Positions 22,001 through 28,235 of a DNA stretch of 28,235 nt are shown in pieces. A model generated the notes under the pieces. The model saw only the letters and a list, made by a program, of their open reading frames with translations, ran no database searches and was not told the DNA's origin. Origin of the DNA: Chiloscyllium plagiosum. Taxonomy: Eukaryota. Location of the stretch: assembly GCF_004010195.1 (NCBI RefSeq), contig NC_057718.1, positions 19,796,815 through 19,825,049 of the forward strand, read 5' to 3'. Position 1 is the stretch's first letter; each line of letters begins with the position of its first letter. Made by a program: the position numbers and the translations under genes.

Positions 22001-23599
22001 AATACTTGCCTCATTATTATAGCACAGCAATACCTTAAAGAATACAAACATGAGGAGAATTGTGGAGAACATGGCCTGTCAAGACAATATTGCTCATTAA
22101 AAAAAAATACATTTTCCTGACTGAAAAGGTGACCATAGAACAATGCAACAGGAGGATATATACACACATTAAGCATATGGTACACACTGTGATGATGCAA
22201 AAATGCAGATGGAAAAATTCATATTATACCACTGTAAAATTCCACACGTGATCATTTGGCTCAGGTACTGGAAGGTGGATACACAAGGAACCTTACTGCA
22301 GGAAGAATTCTCCACCTTTACAGAAGTAAAGGGGGGAATAAATTTTTTTTTTCCAAACTGATACGCCATCAAGAACAGATCGCATTCCCAGTAAATTGCT
22401 TTCTTTATTACTAACAATTCCTTAATGATGTAGATGGCAACTTACACAGCGGTAACTTACTCATTTCATAACTCAGCTTTGAGGTCACCTTAAAGTCAAG
22501 GCCATCTGGACAGTATATGATCACACTTGCTTCCAACAGAACTAAGAACACATGTTCCGTCCATATGGTCTACAAAGACTGGCAATTAACTCAACTGGAA
22601 AGGAAAACTAAAGGGCAGAAAGGTTATCTAAACATCTGCTACCTGCCAGATGAATTAGCCTCATCCCCCTTGAGGAAACATGACATCATTAACCATGAGC
22701 TGTGCATGCCATAACTTCCCTCTTCAACTGCCCTTGTAACACAAGACAGAGAATCTTCAAGCTCGAGCTCAGGTACGGTCAAGAAAAAAAATACTCTGCA
22801 TGCGTCAAGAATGAAATGTACAAGATAAAATTACAAACTGTGACTGAAGACTTTCATAAATATAAAACCTTAATGTTCTTTACTGAATGCATTGACCTAA
22901 GAGAAAACAAAATTCATAGTTCAACAAATAATGCTTAGATTTATCTTAGCTGAAGAAAATTATCCTTACTGACCAAACTTAGTAGTAATATGCAAAATCT
23001 CAACAGAAATGGCCAAAACCTTCTGGAATTAGATTAGATCACTATAAAAGCACAAGCATTATAGTAGTTCCCAAAGTTGATCGTGTGTTTGTTTAAGATA
23101 AAAAAAATCTTCACTGCCATGCTCTCAATTTTTATTAAAAGAAAGGAGGCATGGCTAATAATAAAAAACTGAGAGGATGGATTGCAGTATGGCAAAGGCG
23201 ATTGACATTATACTGCCAACCTCCTGTCTTTATTCTGCTTGTGAAGATCTGATCAGAATTGTGCTGAATTTTCAAGCTGAAATGACTAGTAAGCCACTCA
23301 TGTTCTGATGGATCATGTCCAAACTGCTTTACTTCACAATGTTTTTATAAAATTGTCAACATATACCTTAATATAGCATTACAGACCAAGTACGTCATAT
23401 CAGCATAATCAGATGAGATGAGCACAATGAGCCAAAGAATTGGTAACTAAAATCTTGGCAAAACCAGCAGAATCAGTGATGAGAAAGTAGTCACTAAATC
23501 GCTATCCATCTGTTTGGTCATCAATAACATTAAAAATCAACTGAAGAAACAGTAAACAAGGTCACTAGCTAAACTCTGACTTGTTTATTGCTGATCACG

Positions 23600-23998
23600 A
23601 TATTTGTCAATTTGGCTCAAGCCATATCAGGTAATTGGAAGAACTGAACTCAAGCACTGTTCCAGAATTTGAAAGTGATATGTATTTGAACATTCTAAGG
23701 GAGCAGTGCAGTTCACATCGCGGCTGAAGTAAGATTCAGTCTGTCTGTTCTGGTGGTTCAGGCAATATTCCCATTGATTAAAGGACAATTCACCTCATAG
23801 CCTGGTCGTTCACTCAAACTGCATGACCAATGAAATAAATAAACTGATCATTTATGTATTATCATCTAGGGGATACTTTTGCAATTGAAATAGTTGCTGC
23901 GATTGTATGTAAGAATTGCATAATTCCAGAGTAATTAATTGTATTTAGCGCTTTGAAATGTTCCTGCTAATGCACCACATATATGCAAGCCCTCTCTT
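23600..23998 (+). mobile_element. Highly decayed Deu-domain SINE
   Basis: ctaagggagcagtgca and tail gctttgaaatgtt...atatatgcaagccctctctt are collinear with the copy at 5395-5816. Confidence 0.5.
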
Positions 23999-24043
23999 AT
24001 TGTAGACCAGATGCAGTTTGTTTTAGACTGTCAGGAAAATAGT

Positions 24044-24322
24044 TCACAGAATCAGTGTGGAAACAGGCCATTCGGTCCATCGGTCCACACTAACCCTCAA
24101 AGAGCACTCCCTATCCTAAACCTGTAGCCCTGCATTTTCCATGGCCAATCCACCTAAGCTGCACACCTTTGGACTGTGGGAGGAAATGGAGTACCTGAAT
24201 GAAACCATGCAAACATGGGGAGAATGTGCAAACTCCATAGACAGTCACCCAAGGGTGGAAGTGAACCTGGGTCCCTGGCCTTGTGAGGCAGCAGTGCTAA
24301 CTACTAAGCCACCATGCCACCC
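24044..24322 (-). mobile_element. V-domain tRNA-derived SINE (HE1-like)
   Basis: Same layout as 7140-7442; head gggtggcatggtggcttagtagttagcactgctgcctcaca. Confidence 0.85.
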
Positions 24323-24468
24323 AATCATCGAGTTGTTTAGGATATTATAATTTGGAGATAATATATTGCACTGTGAAAGTCAAGATGTCAAGCGAACATC
24401 ACAGATGATGTTTACCGATAGATAGAATTTCTGCAAGCTTATAAAACAATATCTACATTATTATATGA

Positions 24469-26113
24469 AGTCATTGAGATGTACAGGACAGAAACAAACC
24501 CTTCGGTCCAACTCGTCCATGCCAACCAGATATCCCAACATAAGTTAGTCCCACTTGCCAGCACCCGGCCCATATCCCTCCAAACCCTTCCTATTCATAT
24601 ACCCATCAAGATGCCTTTCAAATGTTGTAATTGTACTAGCCTCCACCACTTCTTTTGGAAGCTCATTCCATACACATACCTCCCTCTGCGTGAAAAAGTT
24701 GCCCCTTTGGTCTCTTTTATATTTTTTCCCTCTCACCCTAAACCTATGCCCTCTAGTTCTGGACTCCCCCACCCCAGGGAAAATGTTTATCCTATCCAAG
24801 ACCTTCATGATTTTATAAACCTCGAAAGAGTCACCCCTCAGCCTCCAAAACTCCAGGGAAAACAGCCCTAGCCTATTCAACCTCTCCCTCTAGCTCAAAT
24901 TCTCCAACCATGGCAACATCCTTGTAAATCTTTTCTGAACTCTGTCACATTTTACAACATCTTTCGGATAGGAAGGAGACCAGAATTGCACGCAATATTC
25001 CAAAAGTGGCCTAACCAATGTCCTGTACAGCTGCAACATGACCTCCCAATTCCTACACTCAATACTATGACCAATAAAGGAAACCATACCAAATACTTTC
25101 TTCACTATCTATCTACCTGTGACTCTACTTTCAAGAAGGTACCATTAAATGTATAAGTCATGCTAAGATTTGCTTTCCCAAAATGCAGCACCTTGCAGTT
25201 ATCTAAAGTGAACTCCAACTGCCACTTTTCAGCCCATTAGCCCATCTGATCAAGATCCCATTATAATCTGAGGTAACCCTCTTCGCTGTCCAATACACCT
25301 TCAACTTTGGTGTCATCTGCAAACTTACTAACTATACCTCTTATGCTCACATCCAAATCATTTATATAAATGATGAAAAGTAGTGGGCTCAGCACCGATC
25401 TTTGTGCACTCCACTGGTCACAGGCCTCCAGTCTAAAAACCAACCCTCCTCTGTCTTCTACCTTTGAGCCAGATCTGTATCCAAATGGCTAATTCTCCCT
25501 GTATTCCATGAGATCTAACCATGCTAACCAGTCTCCCATGGGGAACCTTATTGAACGCCTTATTGAAGTCCAAATAGATCACGTCCACCACTCTGCCCTC
25601 ATCAATCTTCTTTGTTACTTCTTCAAAAAACTCAAAATCATGATTTTCCATGCACAAAGCCATGCTGACTATCCCTAATCAGCCCTTGCCTTTCCAAATA
25701 CATGTACATCCTGTCCCTCAGGATTCCCTCCAACAACTTGCCCACCACTGACATCAGCCTCACTGGTCTATAGTTCACTGGCTTGTCCTTACCACTTTTC
25801 TTAAATAGTGGCACCACATTAGCCAACCTCCAGTCTTCTGGCACCTCACCTATGACTATTGATGATACAAATATCTCAGCAAGGACCCAGCAATCACTTC
25901 CCAACTTCTAGGATACATCTGATCAGATCCTGAGGATTTACCCGTTGTTATGCGTTTCAAGACATCCAGCACTTCCGCCTCTGTAATATGGATATTTTTC
26001 AAGATGTCACCATTTATTTCCCTACATTCTATATGTTCCATGTCCTTTTCTACATTAAACACTGATGCAAAATACTCGTTTAGTATCGCCCCCATCTCCT
26101 GCGGCTCTACACA
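24469..26113 (-). mobile_element. CR1 LINE, 5'-truncated, frameshifted RT (ORF2) pseudogene
   Basis: Consecutive ORF pieces contain NYRPVRLMSVVGKLLE, YLDFNKAFNKVPHGRL, YINDLD..SKFADDTK, LVRPLLEYCVQFWSP and ESRTRGH. Confidence 0.95.
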
Positions 26114-26741
26114 TATAAAGGATGAAAAACTTTAATCACATAGCATCTGACAGAACCATTCTGCATAATTATCCAATAGCTGGAGACTTTTTAAAACCCA
26201 TATAAATTTCCCAGTGTTGAACAGAGAGTGGCCAAACTTTTGCAGCACCTAAATGATAAGGACAATAGTGAGTCAATTGGACCAAAATGCTGAGATCAGA
26301 AAAATTAAGATTCCTGACATTGAGAAGAAGTGTTTGATTTTCAACACAAGATTTGAATGGCATGATTAGACTCTTGCTAGTAAATGCCACAAAGCCCGTT
26401 TCCTGTGTGTACATTGTGTTACGATCTATTATCGCTTCATATACATGGAGTTTTCACACAAATAGAAGGAGGTGTCTATTCCTGACATGGAAGTCAGATC
26501 AGGTGCTTGGTAACTCCCGATCACTGCTTACTCCTCCAGGCCTCCCCATCTTAACCTGCAGTTCCTAACACCTTAGGCATGCTCCATGGGTAGTGACCAT
26601 CTGCAATCCCTTGCAGTCTATCGAGATTGGCACTGGTCTCGCACCAGCCACACTACACTATCATAGTTCATCTCCAGCCCATTGAGAATACAGTTTTCCA
26701 CCTAATGCTGAATACCAGAGGTTAGGTGTCTACAGAATCCT

Positions 26742-26852
26742 AGAATTTCTTCCTGAGTTCTGACTGCAGTTATTCAACTATTCTTCATCTCTCACTAAGC
26801 TCCAAATTAATTATGCACCTAAAGACTCAGAATTTCTTCCTGAGTTCTGACT
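26742..26852. repeat. Perfect 24-bp direct repeat separated by 63 bp
   Basis: agaatttcttcctgagttctgact at 26742-26765 and 26829-26852. Confidence 0.9.
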
Positions 26853-27694
26853 ACAAAGAGTCAATGGCCTAAATCATCTCAACATTATACTTTGCATGCA
26901 GCCCACCTCTGCCTTAGCCCTTCTTCATCAACCGACTGTGACTCTGCAACTGTTTTTTAGTGACCCAGCACTGTCACTTAATGAAAACCTTGCAATGTGT
27001 CCTGCCCTTATTGCTTGGCAAATCCAAATGCAATGACCAGTGGTAAGGCATGAATGTAGCAATTGGAACGATTTGGTCCTCTGCATGTTACAATGCTGGC
27101 TCAGTATTGGCTCCAACCACACAAATTGCAGACAATAAAAAGGAATTTATCACAAAACATACTTTATCCCCATGGTTACAGTGAAACCTTTTGTTCAAAC
27201 TGTAAGCTCACACCTTTCACGTTTTTTGTAAAAATTATAAATGGCCTGACTTCACTTTGTAGTGCAGTGTTTCAGTATTTCTAAAATATATTGTGTTTTG
27301 CTTTCAATTTTTGGTACCTTTCACACTAAGTACTGTCAGGTTATTTAACAGCATTGTTCCAATTTTGGTCCTGCTTTCATCCAACAAAGACATATGGAGA
27401 GCCATGAAAAACAGGAATCGATACATACTAATAATTCAAAGAAGTAGACCTCTGGTTGATTTACTTTTCTTGCTTGCTAACCCAGGAATATTGCCAACAG
27501 TTGCAGGAAAGCCAATGAGCTGCTTTGGGCCAATTTGGCTTAAGGTATTGGTATTATACCTGTGGTCTTCTGGTCTGAGTACCTGATCTGGTGGATCATA
27601 TACCCACCAATGTTAATCCAAGATACTAAGTTGTCACATTGATTCCTCACATCAACACCAACCAATTAGTCATCCCATCAATAAAATTAGAAAG

Positions 27695-27882
27695 CAATGG
27701 AGAAACCCAACAAGTTTGGGAACATCTGTGGAGAGAGAAACAAAATTAATGTTTAAAGTCCAATATGACTTCTTTGGTTTTGAGGAAAAGTTATACTGGA
27801 CTTTAAACATTAATTTTGTTTCTCCAGCACTCTCTATTGTTACTTTAGATCTCCAGCATCTTCAGTAACCTGCGTTTATTTT
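27695..27882. mobile_element. Old palindromic family C pseudo-LTR derivative with dead hammerheads
   Basis: Perfect 28-bp inverted repeat at 27735-27762 / 27797-27824; tail gatctccagcatcttcagt resembles families A and C. Confidence 0.7.
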
Positions 27883-28040
27883 AGTAAATGCATCAATTGC
27901 CCAATGAGTTACGATTAGCTCACTCTATATTGTCTTGGGAGATCCTGGGTTTACATTTCATAATATTGACAGAAATGGATAAACTCAAAAGTTTTACTCG
28001 ACTTGGTTCCTTCTATCAATGTTGAACAGTGAGAGGATAA

Positions 28041-28235
28041 CATAGAGTCATACAGTCCTAGAGATGTACAACATGGAAACAGACCCTTCGGTCCAACCCG
28101 TCCATGCCAACCAGATATCCCAACCCAATCTAGTCCCACCTGCCAGCACCCGGCCCATATCCCTCCAAACCCTTCCTATTCATATACTCATCCAAATGCC
28201 TCTTAAATGTTGCAATTGTACCAGTCTCCTCCACC
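28041..28235 (-). mobile_element. CR1 LINE 3' end (runs off the window)
   Basis: Closely similar to 24469-24650 and to the reverse complement of 6265-6446; tail repeat catagagtcata. Confidence 0.92.

Noticed and set aside
22869..22896. Strong minus-strand acceptor (ttttgttttctcttag) suggesting a micro-exon
   Set aside because: Only weak donors follow (gtaaag, gtttta) and the phases do not fit the 67-nt exon
26130..26248. Minus-strand acceptor followed by open frame VLQKFGHSLF...
   Set aside because: No good donor before the stop; peptide unrecognised

Overview
AT-rich, CpG-depleted vertebrate DNA whose repeats (V-domain and Deu-domain tRNA-SINEs, CR1, L2 and RTE LINEs, Penelope-like elements) point to a cartilaginous fish, most likely a shark. 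The window looks like intron sequence of a large minus-strand gene. I see one convincing 67-nt coding exon (9173-9239, [22 protein letters not shown]) but cannot name the gene. Nearly all ORFs in the track are retrotransposon fragments or noise. The main signal is a dense set of Penelope-like element (PLE) derivatives from at least four sequence families, carrying minimal type-I hammerhead ribozyme motifs (CUGANGA - stem II - GAAA - palindromic stem III - UH). They include one 1.5-kb RT/GIY-YIG element with inverted termini and two identical intact ribozymes, and several 120-250 bp non-coding units. Many of the short units are palindromic, flanked by 12-15 bp target-site duplications (TSDs), and share an asymmetric long-arm/short-arm design. 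Secondary signals are a duplicated GT/GC splice donor suggesting a poison isoform beside the exon and a CpG-rich structured element near 2 kb. All calls are by eye; no searches or folding were run.
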